A program made the position numbers and the translations under genes. DNA of 64,000 nt from Eledone cirrhosa (Eukaryota). Where the stretch lies: contig OZ024743.1 of NCBI GenBank assembly GCA_964016885.1, positions 166,966,001-167,030,000 on the forward strand. Direction: 5' to 3'. Positions within the stretch are counted from its first letter, which is position 1. Every line of letters begins with the position of its first letter. Positions 39,601 to 52,920 of the stretch are shown here, piece by piece. The notes below the pieces were generated by a model, which saw only the letters and a program-made list of their open reading frames with translations, had not been told where the DNA came from and made no database searches.

Positions 39601-39832
39601 TGAGAGTGCCAACATTAAGTGTTGCAACTCTGAGATGCGACGTCTTCATATTTTGTTGTTGTTCCTATTTGTTGCTGTGCTTATAAGCGTTTTGGCATTG
39701 ATACACTGGTTGGATGCCCTTCCTAACACCAGCGCCACTTTACAGCATGGACTGGGTGCTTTTATTTGTGTCACCAGCACTAGAGAGGATGTCTTACTAA
39801 ACTCAAGGGCCCTCTCTACCCCTCCATTTTTA
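36605..39832 (-). mobile_element. Nearly intact RTE LINE (family A)
   Basis: ORFs 37835-39649 and 36626-37744 are in the same frame, separated by one TGA; APE + RT + C-terminal domain; 45-bp in-frame deletion relative to the 27.5-kb copy. Confidence 0.96.
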
Positions 39833-39925
39833 TATATTATATATATATATATATATATGGTATATATATATGGTATATATATATATGGTATATATATATT
39901 ATGGTATATATATATATATATAAAA

Positions 39926-42900
39926 ATGGAGCGCTAACGAGGTTGTAGAAATGCTTGAACGTAAGGAGGTCGATGTTTGTTGTATTCAAGAGACCAGGTG
40001 GAGGGGTGGGTCTGCTAGATTCATTGAGGGTAAAAAACGATGTTATAAGCTTTTCTGGGTGGGAAACGACGATGGGCTGGGTGGAGTAGGAATCATGGTA
40101 GCAGAAAAGTGGGCAGATAAGATAATAGACGTAAATAGAGTGAACGACAGAATAATTAAAATAAGACTTGTCCTCAATAGAACTACGGTGACAGTAATAT
40201 CTGCGTACGCACCCCAATCCGGACTGCCCGGCACTATAAAAGACAGATTCTATGAGACACTGTTGCTAACTACCTCCCAAATATCTGACAGTGACTATAT
40301 AATTATTGCAGGCGACCTAAATGGTCACGTTGGACAACATTGTGACGGCTACGACGAAATCCATGGAGGCTATGGGTTTGGTACTAGAAATGAGGAAGGC
40401 TCCAGAATCCTGGAATACTGTGATGCAAATAACCTAACTATCTGTAACACTAACTTCAAAAAACGTGACAATCACCTGATTACCTATAGATCCGGGGAAC
40501 ACACAAGCCAGGTAGATTATATCCTTACCAGAAGACGTGACAGAGTGTCTGTTGTAAACACTAAATCCCTCCCCCATGAAGAATGCACCTCCCAACATAG
40601 ACTGATAATTAGCGACCTCATAGTCAGGACGAGACGTACCCGACAGCAGAAGAGGACTATCCTCAGGAGGAAAATATGGAAACTAAAGGACCCCACAGCC
40701 AGAAATAAATTTCAAAGCATATTACTTGATGCTTTCGACAGTAAGGAAGAGCATCTAGAATCGGACAATATAGAGGGACAGTGGAAATTTCTGAAAGCAA
40801 ACCTGCTGTTGGCGACAGACGAAGTCTGTGGCTGGAGCAGGCCTGTAGGCAGGAGGAGAGTAACATGGTGGTGGAACAATAGGGTGGAGGGGTCAATTAA
40901 GGCCAAAAAGCAGGCTTGGAAAGTATGGCGGGATGGGGGAAGTAGAGTAGACTATCAAGTGGCCAGGAGGGAAGCTAGGAGAGAAGTGTACTTAGCAAGA
41001 AGGGAAGCTGAGGAAAGAAAGTTCAAGCATGTTCTACAACGCGATGACCAAAAACGTGAGGTGTTCAGGATTGCCAGGCAATGCGTCAAGGAAAACCGTG
41101 ATATTGTCGGGGAGAAGTGTGTACTTAACGATGATGGCATACTTGCCATCACCGACACTGATAAGAAGGTAGCTTGGAAGTGTCACTATGAAAGGCTACT
41201 AAATGAGGAGAATAAATGGGAGAAAGACAGTCTCCCCCATATCGACCCGATAGAGGGACCAGCAGTGTTAGTCGAGGGGAGTATAATAAGTAAGGCAATC
41301 AAGGATATGAAGACTGGTAAGGCGGCTGGGCCTTCGGAAATAGTTGCTGAGATGCTGAAGGCATCTGGCACGGTGGGACACACCATGGTCACCCGCATAG
41401 TTAACCAAGTCGTACAGAATGGGGTTGTTCCGAAGGACTGGCATAGCAGCATCATCGTTAACTGTTATAAGGGTAAAGGAGACGCCCTAGATAGGAGTAA
41501 CTATAGAGGCATTAAATTAATCGACCAGGTCATGAAGGTCACGGAAAAAGTAATAGCGCAACTAATCAGAGAGAGAATTGATCTAGATGAAATGCAGTTC
41601 GGGTTTGTGTCAGGCAAAAGTACCACAGACGCTCTTTTCATAGTACGACAACTACAGGAGAAGTACCTAGCTAAAGGTAAACCCCTCTACTTAGCTTTTG
41701 TCGACCTGGAGAAAGCCTTCGACAGAGTCCCCCGCTCCATTATCTGGTGGGCTCTTAGAAAACTAGGCGTTGACGAATGGCTTGTGAGGGCTATACAAGC
41801 CATGTATAAAGAAACAGTCAGCAAGGTTAGAATTAACAACGAATATAGTGAAGAGTTTAGCGTAAAAGTTGGCGTCCATCAGGGCTCTGTTCTCAGCCAG
41901 CCCCCTACTATTTATTATTGCCCTTCAGGCTATAACAGAGGAGTTCAAGACCGGCTGCCCATGGGAACTCCTATACGCAGACGACCTGACACTCATAGCT
42001 GAATCAATGGCCGAGCTAGAGAAGAAATTCCAAACATGGAAGCACGGCCTAGAATCAAAAGGCCTTAAAATTAACCTGGCTAAGACTAAAGTTCTAGTTT
42101 GTAGCAAAGAAAATAAGGCGGCGGTCCCTTCCGGGAAATGGCCATGCTCAGTGTGTAGGAAAGGCGTAGGTAGAAACTCCATTTTATGTCCCAAATGCAA
42201 AGTATGGGTGCATAAAAGATGTAGTGGGATCACAGGTAAGCTAACTAAGAACTTAGATTTTACATGTGGGCGGTGCTCTGGTGCAATAAGTAGCAGCGAG
42301 TGCCCACAAAATACTAACTCTTTCAATTGCGCAGAGGGCTCTATAGAAATAGTGGACAGCTTCCGTTACCTGGGTGACAAAATCAGCAGTGGGGGAGGGT
42401 GCTCCGAAAGTAGAGTAGCTAGAGTCAGAACTGGATGGAAAAAGTTCAGAGAGCTTATACCACTATTAGCCGCTAAAGGGTTCTCCCTAAAAATGAAAGG
42501 CAGGTTGTATGATGCCTGCATACGAACAGCAATGTTGCATGGCAGCGAGACCTGGGCATTGTGTGCAGAGGATATACGCAGACTAGAGAGGAACGAAGCT
42601 TGCATGCTCCGCTGGATGTGTAATAGTAATATACGTGAACGGCAAAGCATAAATGAACTAAGGAAAAAATTAGAAATAAGAGGGATCAGATGTTGTTTAC
42701 TCGAGAGAAGGCTACGTTGGTACGGACACGTGATGCGCATGAAAGTCGATAGCTGTATAACAAAGTTCAGGGCAATAAAGATAGACGGTAGCCACGGAAT
42801 AGGCAGACCTAGAAAATCCTGGGACGAGCTGATAAACTCCGACCTCACACACTTACACCTCTCCAAGACAATGTCACTGGACCGAGACCTTTGGCGGTAC

Positions 42901-43326
42901 TCAGTAATAGAGAAGACCCGCCTTACCTAAATACATAGTAAAACCTACTACAGCCAGTAGGCATCTCTAACAAAATACACCCCCCGTCCCACCAGCCACA
43001 CCCCCATCCACACCACCCCCTCCTATGTAAAGTTATGTTGGTGCCACAACATCCAGGCCGAAACAAATGAGATCGTGTAGGTGTCACGACAAAAAAACAC
43101 ACAGTCCACGCTGTAATGTGGCCGTGTAGGCAACACGGTAAAAACCTCCCAGTCCCACACTGTAAATGTGGTTGGTGTTAGGAAGGGCATCCAACTGTAG
43201 AAAACCTGCCAGACAGTCCTATGCGAGCAAGACAATCACTCTTGCCTCAAGTGGGAATACCCCCGTCCAAACCCATGCAAGCGTGGAACACGGACGTTAA
43301 ACGTTGATGATGATGATGATGATGAT
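39926..43326 (+). mobile_element. Nearly intact RTE LINE (family C), slightly 5'-truncated
   Basis: ORFs 39951-42002 and 41869-42930 are split by one 4-bp duplication (ctcagccagccc, ~41897); 3'UTR and (GAT)n tail. Confidence 0.96.
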
Positions 43327-43328
43327 AC

Positions 43329-43361
<33 letters not shown>

Positions 43362-43383
43362 TATACGTGTGTGTGTGTGTGTA

Positions 43384-44044
43384 TCTATATAATACTAAAA
43401 CTCTGTGATTGCTTGCTTGCTTGCTTGTCTGTAATGTAATACAGCCAAAAAGGGTGCATAATGGGAAAATACTCGGAAAGTAAAATAACGGAATAAAACA
43501 AGTTTGGCGTAAATCAGACATGGACAATATTTTCATTATTTAAAAATTATTTTTAAATGAAGAGAATTTAAAAAATACATTAAAAAATTTTTTTGTACTT
43601 TAAAAAATACATAAAAAGATTTTTCTGTACTTTAAGTATCTATATTTCAGCTTTCTTTAAACAGACAATATTTTGATTATTAAAAAAAAACATTTTTAAG
43701 TGAATAGGACTGAAAAATACGAGTTGTTTTTACAGTAAATGCTTTTGTTAAAGAGAATACTTTAATTATTTAGAAATATTTTTAAGTGAACGTGATTTCG
43801 AAAGTACAAGTTGTTCGTACACTAAGTATTTATATTTTAGCTTTCAGACAATATTTTAATTTTTTTAAAAATTATTTTCAAGTGAATCCGATTAAAAAAA
43901 ATTTTTTTGGCATATTTAAAAAATATTCTTAAGTGAGAATGACCTTCCAATTTCATTTTACATTATATACATGTCTGTGCATATTTTAATTATTTTAAAA
44001 TTATTTTTAAGTAAACGTGACCCAACGGGTCACAGGTGGTCTAG
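43384..44044 (+). mobile_element. Non-autonomous Helitron followed by a head-to-tail second 5' end
   Basis: A|TCtatataatact...gtgacccaacgggtcac hairpin...CTAG|T; 44045-44180 repeats the 5' sequence. Confidence 0.85.
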
Positions 44045-44989
44045 TATACTACTGAAACTCTGTGATTGCTTGCTTGTCTGTAATGTAATACAGCCACAAG
44101 GGTGCATAATGGGAAAATACTTTGAAAGGAAATTGACCCTGAAATGGGAATACAAAAGGAATAAAACAAATTTTGTGTAAATTGGAGCACAGATTCCCAA
44201 GATATGGGGTGTTTCTGGGTACCTTCATAAACAGACAGAGCGAGAGAGATAGAGAGAAAGAGATAGTGGTTGTGAGAAAGTAGATTGAAAGTGAGACATA
44301 GAGAGAAGACAGAGAAGGAGAATGGAAGAGAGAGAGAGAGCTGGTAGGGTTGTCTATATATATATGTGAGTGTGTTTGTATATATATGTGCGTGTAGTTG
44401 GACATGAAAATTCTGTCAGCATGTACTCCTCTCAAAGGGTGATTATGTTAATCACCTGAGGTCACATGAAAGGATAACCCCCCGCATCACTACTCAACAA
44501 AGACCTGGCGAAACAACATGCATGATATGCAACAACATGTGTAGAACTAGTTCCGGACTAAAAAACACATGATGGTGCATAATGATTGTGTCCGACAGTG
44601 TGACCCCACTGGTCCTGTGGAAAGCACAACTCTTTCCTGTCACCTGTGCCATAAACCATGCAGCTCTACAGCTGGTCTACAAAGTCATCTCTGAAGTCAT
44701 GGACGCGGATGGGATGACAATGAAGAATTAATAAGAGACGGCAATCGTCTGGGAAGATGCTGCAATCCTCATATATATAATCATCATTTCCATTTAACGT
44801 CAATATTTCTACACTTGCATGGGTTAGATGGGTCGTCCTTGCTGGGAGGTAAGTCTGGTCAGGGTTATCTGACACCAACCATGTTTACAGTGTGGAACTG
44901 GATGGCTCTCTGATGAGGAGGGACAGGCCATTTGGCCGGAGTAAACCCGTCTCACAACGTAATATTTTTGGAGCCCGACCCATCACACT

Positions 44990-45890
44990 GAGGGAACCAT
45001 AGTTTTGGAGCCCGGCACTGGATGGCACTGATATGAGGAGCCTAACCCATCTGACAGTGTAGCCACAGCTTTGGGGCCCGGTACTGGGTGGCACTAATAT
45101 GAGGAGCCTAACCCATCTGACAGTGTAGCCACAGCTTTGGGGCCCGGTACTGGGTGGCACTGATATGAGGAGCCTAACCCATCTGACAGTAAAGCCACAG
45201 CTTTGGGGCCTGGTACTGGGTGGCACTGCTATGAGGAGAGGTGGCCATTCGTCCATGTGAAAACCATCACACAACATTACCACAGTTTTGGGACGCAATA
45301 TTGGATCGTACCACTATGAGGGGGAACAAGTGCGAAACAACAGTTTGGGAGCCTGGAGTTGGATGGTACCACTAGGCAAAGGAACCAGTGATACCACTAT
45401 AAGGAGGGACAGGCCAGTTGGCCACACTGGACCCTTCTCAAAGCGGCACCCCAGATTCGAAGTTGGGTACTCTACGTGAGGGACACTTCTCAATACAAAA
45501 CTGGACTATGGCAGCCTGGAACTGGACAGCACAGCTATGAGAAGGGATAGGCCTGTTGGCTGCACCAAACCCCTTTCACAGTGGCACCCTAGTTTCAGTG
45601 CCAGGCACTTTCAATTCAACGGACACTTCTCATCAAACCGGATAACCATGTATAACTCCACTAAGAGGAGGGACAGAAGCCACAATTTTTGGAGCCCGGC
45701 ACTTGATGACACCACTATGAGGAGGGAGGCCAGGTTGCCGCACCAAATCCTTCTCAATACGAAACCACGTGACGGGCCAGTTGGCACCCCAGTTTCTGAG
45801 TCGGACACTCTCCACGCAACAAACCTCTTTCAATACAAAATCACAACGTGTGAGCCAGGGATTGGGTGGCACCACTATGAGGAAGGACAA
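44990..45890. repeat. 66-bp minisatellite (~3.5 conserved units at 45010-45240) with degenerate flanking units
   Basis: gagcctaacccatctgacagtgtagccacagctttggggcccggtactgggtggcact(g/a)atatgag repeated. Confidence 0.88.
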
Positions 45891-46185
45891 GGATGAATCC
45901 TCAATTCAGATGTTGGATGCCGTGAGGGCAGGGCATTTCCATCGTAACCTTATTGGACTGTGCTAAGGTGCTGAATGGGGGCTGGTAGGGAGACAAGAGG
46001 GTGGAGAGGGGGCATGTCTTCACCCCACACCCGATACTGTGTGTTTGCATCGTGACTTTGTTTATTAGTGATATTACTTACTAGTGAATGGCATTTGGTC
46101 CTACGGGATGGGGGATATTTTTGGTGCACATATCTATGTTAACGAGTTAGTGGTGCAAAAATTACCTGTACAGGTAGTCATGATC

Positions 46186-46224
<39 letters not shown>

Positions 46225-47029
46225 AGCGGCAGTACCTGGTAATACCCGGGAAAGGTGGGGTTATTTGCAGTTCCCAGAGTGCACCTGAAAAGGCTAGTGA
46301 CCCTGGGTGCCCATACTGGATTTTCAATAACAACCAATTTTTTGTGTGGAACTATCAATAGCTGTTTAAGTCATAAGTCCTTCTTCCATCCAGCTTTCTT
46401 CATTCAGAGTGAATAAACCAAGGAAGTTTGAGCTCGAAGTGTATTGAACTTATTCAACAAACTTATGTATAAGAATAGCAAACTTACTACCTTAGCGTTC
46501 AAGAACAAATACAGAACAATTGAAGAAGTCATCGCAATTATTGAAGAAATTATAACTGAGTGAACATATTCAGGTACTGTTCAAGGACACTGTATATCGC
46601 CGTTTGTAAACCCCTTCGAATAACTGAAGCAATTCAATAAAACCATCCCATTTCCCCCCAATAGTAGACATAGCCAAGAAAACACACCATAATAAGTCAG
46701 ATAAACAATCAGAAGTGTTGGCCCTAAAGAGGGCGTTATAACATCTACTGTTGCAAAGTGTTAATAATGGGGGAGAAGTTACATCTTCATTTGTGTTAAT
46801 CTTCCCACAATCCAACACCTCAAAATATCAACAAAATAAACTCTACTCTCAAAGATGGCCTGTTACAATTAACATGCCGGGAGTACGAATATTCGTCAAC
46901 ATACGATTTGGGTTTTATTCTAATCTCATGGTAAGCCAACTTCCAAGTCATTGATCATCACACCTTTTTGTAACTTATCACCGATTCCTGCAGTTGACCT
47001 TAATGTGACCTAAGCGTGTGTACGTGTTT

Positions 47030-47265
47030 CTATCCTCCGCTTCCTTTCTAGCTATGTATACTTGTCACCTAGCTTCCCTCCTGGTGTCTATGTAATGTGC
47101 CCTGCTTCCCCTGTTCTTCCATTGTTTCTATGCCTGTCTCTTAGCCTTAACTGCCTCAGCTACCTTGTTGTTCCACCACCAGGTCACTCTCTTTCTCCCC
47201 ATGGTCTTGCTCCAATCACAAACCTCGTCTGTCGCTTTCAGCAAGTTATTTTTTAGGAACACCCT
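47030..47265 (-). mobile_element. RTE internal fragment
   Basis: Minus strand resembles DEVC.WS...RVTWWWN and REAR.QVY.ARKEAE. Confidence 0.7.
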
Positions 47266-47294
47266 CTTCTCCGAGTTGCCTTCTCGTAATAGTC

Positions 47295-49608
47295 AGGCAG
47301 TGTTGATTGAGACAGTTCAAAAGGAGATTAGTGAACAAGCACACCAACAACCTGATTTGAGTATCACAGTTGAAACTCTTAAAGGGCAGGCCAAAAATCT
47401 AACCAACTGGAAATCACCAGGACCAGATGGTGTGCAGGGATATTGGATTAAAAATATAACATCCCTCCACCCAAAACTGACATCCATGTTCAATGACTGC
47501 TTGATATCGGGTGAAGTACCAGAGTGGTTGACAAAAGGTACCACAGCTCTGGTAATGAAAGACCAAATCAAGGGTAATGATGTTACCAACTATAGGCCTA
47601 TCACATGTCTGTCCGTAATGTGGAAACTGTTGACAAGCATTATGTCTGAGGAAATCTACCATAACCTCCACACAAACAACTTGTTACCGGACGAACATAT
47701 AGGATGCCGAAAGAAATCCCGTGGTACAAAGGACCAGTTACTTATTGATAAGATGGCAATGAGGAATTGCAAGAAGAGGCACACTGGTCTTGCCATGGGA
47801 TGAATAGATTACAAAAACGCATTCGACATGGTTATCCATTCTTGGATAACCAAAAGCCTAGAGATCTTCAAGGTGGCAGATAACATCAGACAGTTGTTGA
47901 GCAAAAGTCTGAAGTCCTGGGAAACAGTTAACATCAGGTGGAGAATCCTTGAGAGGCGTGAAGATCAAGAGGAGATAGTTTGTCCCCTCTGCTGTTTGTC
48001 CTTGCCCTGATACCCCTGTCCATTATATTGCAAAAAGTGAGAGCAGGATACAAGTTGGGAAGAGGAGAGCTTACCATCAATCACCTCCTCTTCATGGACG
48101 ATCTTAAGCTCTTTGGTAAGAGTGAAAAGGAGTTGGATGTACTTGTTGACACTGTCCGTATTTTCAGCAATGATATATGTATGCAATTTGGTATTAATAA
48201 GTGTGGAGTCCTAGTGATGAAGAGGGGTAAATTGAGCGGAAGCAACGGAATCCAGGTACCAACAGGTAAGATGATAAAGGAAATTGACACTGACGAGGGA
48301 TACAAAAAAATGGAGGAATTGATAATATCTGAGTACATAAGGAGAGTAAGGAGCATATCAAAATCACATCTAAATAGTAGGAATGTCATAAGTGCAGTAA
48401 ATTTCCTAGCTGGGTCTATTATTAGGTACAGTGTGGGAATTCTGAAATGGAATGTTGCTGAACAAAAAGAAATGGATAGAAAACTAGGAAGCTATTGACT
48501 ATCTACAACATGTTCCACAAGAGGAGTGATGTTGATAGACTCTAATTAAAGAGATCTGAAGGTGGAAGAGGTCTTATCAGCATAGAGGACAGTGTTCAAG
48601 ATGGAGAAAAACAACCTGCACAAATATGTGACTGACAGTAGGGAGCCAATGCTCAAAATTGTACTGAATGAGACGACAATAGACCAGGAGATGTCCAAGG
48701 AGGAAATAACAACAAGGAGCAAGAGCAACCTTCATGTAAAATCCCTTCATAGTACCTTCTTTAAGAAAACAGAATTTAGAGATCCACAGACATGGAACTG
48801 GTTGAAAAGAGGAGACCTTTAAAAAGCTACAGAAGGAAGGCTAATGGCTGCGCAAGAGCAAGCCCTCAGAACGAAGTGGGTGAAACACCATATTGACAAG
48901 GAGGAGACTAGCCCACTGTGTAGGATCTGTGGAGAGAGAGAGAGGAGACTGTGGCTCACATTGTATCCGAGTGTAAACACCTAGCCCAGACTCACTATAA
49001 AGGCTGGAGACATGATGTGATAGCCAGGGTGATCCACTGGCATCTATGCAAAGTAAACAATTTACCACATTCTGAGAAGTGGTATGAGCATAAGCCAGAG
49101 TCAGTGATGGAAAACGATCAGGTGAATGTGCTATGAGATTTTAGGATACAGACGGACAAGAAATTAGAACACAATGGGCCTGACCTGGTGGTTTTGGACA
49201 AGGAAAAAAGATTGTGCCTGATCGTAGATGTAGCCTGCCCATTTGACACAAGGGTGCAAGAAAAGGAAAGGGAGAAAATTAACCAATACCAGGACTTAAC
49301 GTGGGAGGTAAAAAGAATTTGGAACTGCCATGAAATCAAAGTCGTCCCAATTGTCATAGGCACACTAGGTACTATCTAAAAGAGTTTCCAAGGATGGTTA
49401 AAGAAGATTAGTCCAGCCCCGCTTTTTGGAACACTTCAAAAGGCATGCTTGCTGGGAACAGCAAGAACCCTACGATACGTCCTGAATATCTGAGGCTGTA
49501 GGTAGCAACTTGATATTCATTTGAACAAACTTTCCAGCTAAATAACATCAATGACTGAGACTCAAAGAACAATAATAATAATAATAAAAATAATAATAAT
49601 GATAATAA
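47295..49608 (+). mobile_element. 5'-truncated R4/Dong-clade LINE (RT + CCHC + restriction-like endonuclease), decayed
   Basis: WKSPGPDG, NYRPITCL, GTKDQLLID, HLLFMDDLKLF, GGRGL, CRIC..HIVSEC..RHD, PDLVV..IVDVACP..EK..Y; ends in (TAA)n. Confidence 0.9.
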
Positions 49609-49727
49609 TATATATATACACGTATAGGTGTGTTCATGTATATGTGTAGACGTATATAAATGTGTAGATATAAACATATATATCCTCATCCTCATTGTTT
49701 AACGTCTATCTTCCATGCTAGCATGGG

Positions 49728-49782
<55 letters not shown>

Positions 49783-49822
49783 TGTATATGTGTCTATATA
49801 TATGTGTAGATCTATGTGTGTA

Positions 49823-49860
<38 letters not shown>

Positions 49861-50441
49861 TAATAGGATAATAATATGTACATGGGATATGTAATAACTG
49901 AGTAGTTTTATATGTACGTATGGTTGTGTATATATATCAGTGATCCACAGAAGACAGCCGATGAGCGGGAATTGTCCTTGTGTTTCTCTCACATTTTCTA
50001 AACAATATTTATTAGAAACCACACAGTCCCGTTCTCACTTTTTAATTCATATTAATTTAATGCCATGACCTCCGTTCTCCCTTCTCTCTCTCTCACTTGA
50101 TGTTAATACAGCTTTAGAACTTAAATTCAGCCAATTTGTATTAACCCTTTTATTACTTAATAAAAGTATTACAGTAGTGGTTATTGTTTATCGTTCATTC
50201 ACTACAGCATTCTACACTGCGCTTTATATACGGAAGATCAATTTACACATTTCTCCATTAAGCCAACATTTACTACTACAATTCTTGCCACATACTGCAA
50301 TAAACCACTGACCAATTCATTCAACAACAAATCAACATCAAATTCACACCTGTTACAATGGGTGAACACATTCGCTCAACAACCTAATAATCTATTCATA
50401 TAACTGTCCTCATGTTACAATAGAGTGATTGCAATACTTAC

Positions 50442-50644
50442 CGACCCATGGGCCAAGGAGGTAGTAAACAAAATGGGAAAAAATGGTTAACTTGGCTTTT
50501 TACTGAGAGGGCAACTTCCAAGGATTGTTCATTATAGAAGTATCTAAGTAAGTAACTCATGAAATTGTAGATAACATAGGCTTCATAACATTCCCTTAGT
50601 GTATCCAGATAGATCGCAGCTTCTGGAAAACGTAGTGCAAACCA
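50442..50644 (-). CDS. TMEM184C: Internal coding exon of transmembrane protein 184C-like (organic solute transporter alpha family)
   Basis: tttcag|TGG...GGT CG|gtaagt; WFALRFPEAAIYLDTLRECYEAYVIYNFMSYLLRYF...HFFPFCLLPPWPMG resembles the conserved TMEM184 RECYEAYVIYNF motif; phase 0 start, phase 2 end. Confidence 0.92.
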
Positions 50645-50652
50645 CTGAAATA

Positions 50653-52095
50653 TAATAATAATAATAAAAATAATAATAATGATAATAATGCTTTCTTTAT
50701 TAACCACAAGGGTTTACACAAAGTAGACATTAAGCAACAGTACAATATAGGACGGTACAAATGGGAATTTCTGCATGTAAAAAAAAACAAAAAAAAACAA
50801 GATGTAACAAAAAAGAAGAATGAAAAATTCCCCAATAGGGGGGAGACTTCCGAGGGCCATCGTGGAGAGAGCCCATTTAAAAAAAGCCACGGTGACCCTG
50901 ACCACCAGGGAAAGTGCCCTCTCCCAGTTTTCCACCTTCAATTTACAGGCATATACTCAGAGTAGGTCCATTCACTCGGGCCTTTCTTGCCTCTCTCACC
51001 CATCTTTCAACAAAATGCTGGGAAGAGAGCACTTCCCTCTCTACCCTGATTTTCCTTTTCAAATGAAATTTGAAAAAGTTAATCAGGGCATCACCGAAGA
51101 GGTAAATGCTCGTCTTCGGCCCTTTCAGACACGTCCACCATACTATCTCTTTTGCCATGGCCACCAGACAGATAAAAACTGCCTGCCCTTCCTGGCTAAA
51201 GGAAGAGGGCGGGGCAATCCTCACGATGGACTCAGCTGATAGCCAGATCCGTTCTACACACGACAGCAGGTGTTCGACATAAACCCACAAGTCAGCAATG
51301 CTCGGACACTGGACGAGTGCATGCAGGACGGTTTCGTCGCCTTGCGCACATCTCGGACATGCCCGGTTGGCGGCACTTCCAATCCTGTAGAGTTTATCCC
51401 AAACTGGCAAAGCTCCTCGGTAGCACTGCCAGGCCAGGGATTTCTGGAAGTTGTCCATAGGCCCCGGCCCGAAAGTTCTTCCGAAGAGATTGGCTAGTTG
51501 ATTTTCGTCGACGCCTAGAGTTTTCCCAAGTACGTCGTCGCTCTTCCCCTCCACTAATCCTCTATAGAACGCCAAGGTGGAGTTTCCACTGATCACATTG
51601 CCCAACTGGTCGAGGGCCGTGAGCGCCTGAAGACATTCCAGTCTCCAAGCGCTCCCTCTCAGTCTTCGCTTAACCCAGGACTGCAGCTCAAGGAGACGAG
51701 CTGGGGAAAGACGCGTCTAGCAAACGGCGACCACACCTGATCACCGTCGAGGAAGAGGTGGAGATGTCGTAGCCTGCGCGCGTGTCTGCGCATCATCAGC
51801 CACGGCATGCCCAGCCCTCCACGTAGCGGGTGTTGACAACAGATGGACCACCTGACCATTGGAGTGCATCCCTTCCACATAAAGCGAAAGAGCAAACGCT
51901 CCAGTGCAGTCAGGCGAGGCTTAGGACAAGGCACGACGGTCAGGCGGTAGTAGATGACGGACACGATGTACGCATTCGCCACCTCCACTCGACCTTTCAG
52001 GGATAGCTTACTCTCTGCCCATTTCTGGGTGAGAGAAGCCACTCTGCTCGTCACCTCGTCCTAGTTTTTGTCCGTCTGGTGGTGCGGACCAAACA
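50653..52095 (-). mobile_element. 5'-truncated Tx1/L1-type LINE
   Basis: W..SKLSLKGRV...GGLGMP; CPRC...ETVLHALVQC zinc knuckle; AATAAA then (ATT)n tail. Confidence 0.88.
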
Positions 52096-52599
52096 AGACC
52101 CCTAGCAATTTAACAATAATGATAATAATGAACAAGAAAACTATAAAATACAATACAAAACAAAACGAAGGAGAAGCAACTACAATAAGCTACAATGCCA
52201 CCCTCCCCTCTACCACTCACAACACCTCAACCTCCAACATCAATCCCCTTGCTACCACCACCAACACCACTCTTACAGTTGAGAAAATTCTCTTACACCT
52301 CATACAACTGCAACCATAATAACATCACCCAATCAACAACTGCAATGGCCATAACCATACTGTTGTTATAATGGTAATAATGATTTCACTGTTGGCCAAC
52401 CTTAGCACTACCCACAGAGCTGGGCAACATTCCATGGACTTCCAATTCCATGTGTAATGCAAGTATGAATTGCGGGAAGAACAAATAAAAATTAATACAG
52501 AACGCCAAATCGCTTGTCCTATAGTTAATCAGGAAGCCCGTCCCTCAGGAAGGTGCCAACCTGAGATTGAAAAGTCCACCTCTGGCACAAACTCTTCTC

Positions 52600-52920
52600 T
52601 GATTATGGTCCTGGATGGTCACAAGAAAAATGTAAACGGTTGAAATGGACCCGAGAAGAGTATAAAGAAGTAATATATGCATATTACTATGTATTAAGTA
52701 AGCCATCACAAGACAGATACACCGCAAACTCTTACAAAATATGGAAGACACATCAAGCTAGCAGATGTTATCTGGATGAAAATAAGTTAGCAAATGTTTG
52801 GAGGGATATCTTCAGAAATAATAGACTCACAGATACTGAAATAACAGAGCTCAAACATGCTGTGGAGAATGACATAAATATGAGTCATGAAAGAACTGAA
52901 GAATCTCCTGGAGATAGTAA
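52600..52920 (+). mobile_element. Probable N-terminal fragment of an R4/Dong-type ORF
   Basis: KWTREEYKEVIYAYY...LDENKLANVWRDIFRNNRLTDTEITELK resembles Dong/Rex6 N-termini; likely belongs with 57860-60250. Confidence 0.6.

Noticed and set aside
44990-45900. CRISPR-like repeat-spacer array
   Set aside because: Eukaryotic context, units are contiguous tandem repeats without unique spacers, no cas genes
52393-52475. HDV-like ribozyme upstream of the Dong ORF (gctgggcaacattcc...gtaatg resembles HDV J1/4-P4)
   Set aside because: Could not find complementary P1, P2 or P3 strands or a J4/2 CNRA; an RNArobo HDV descriptor search would settle it
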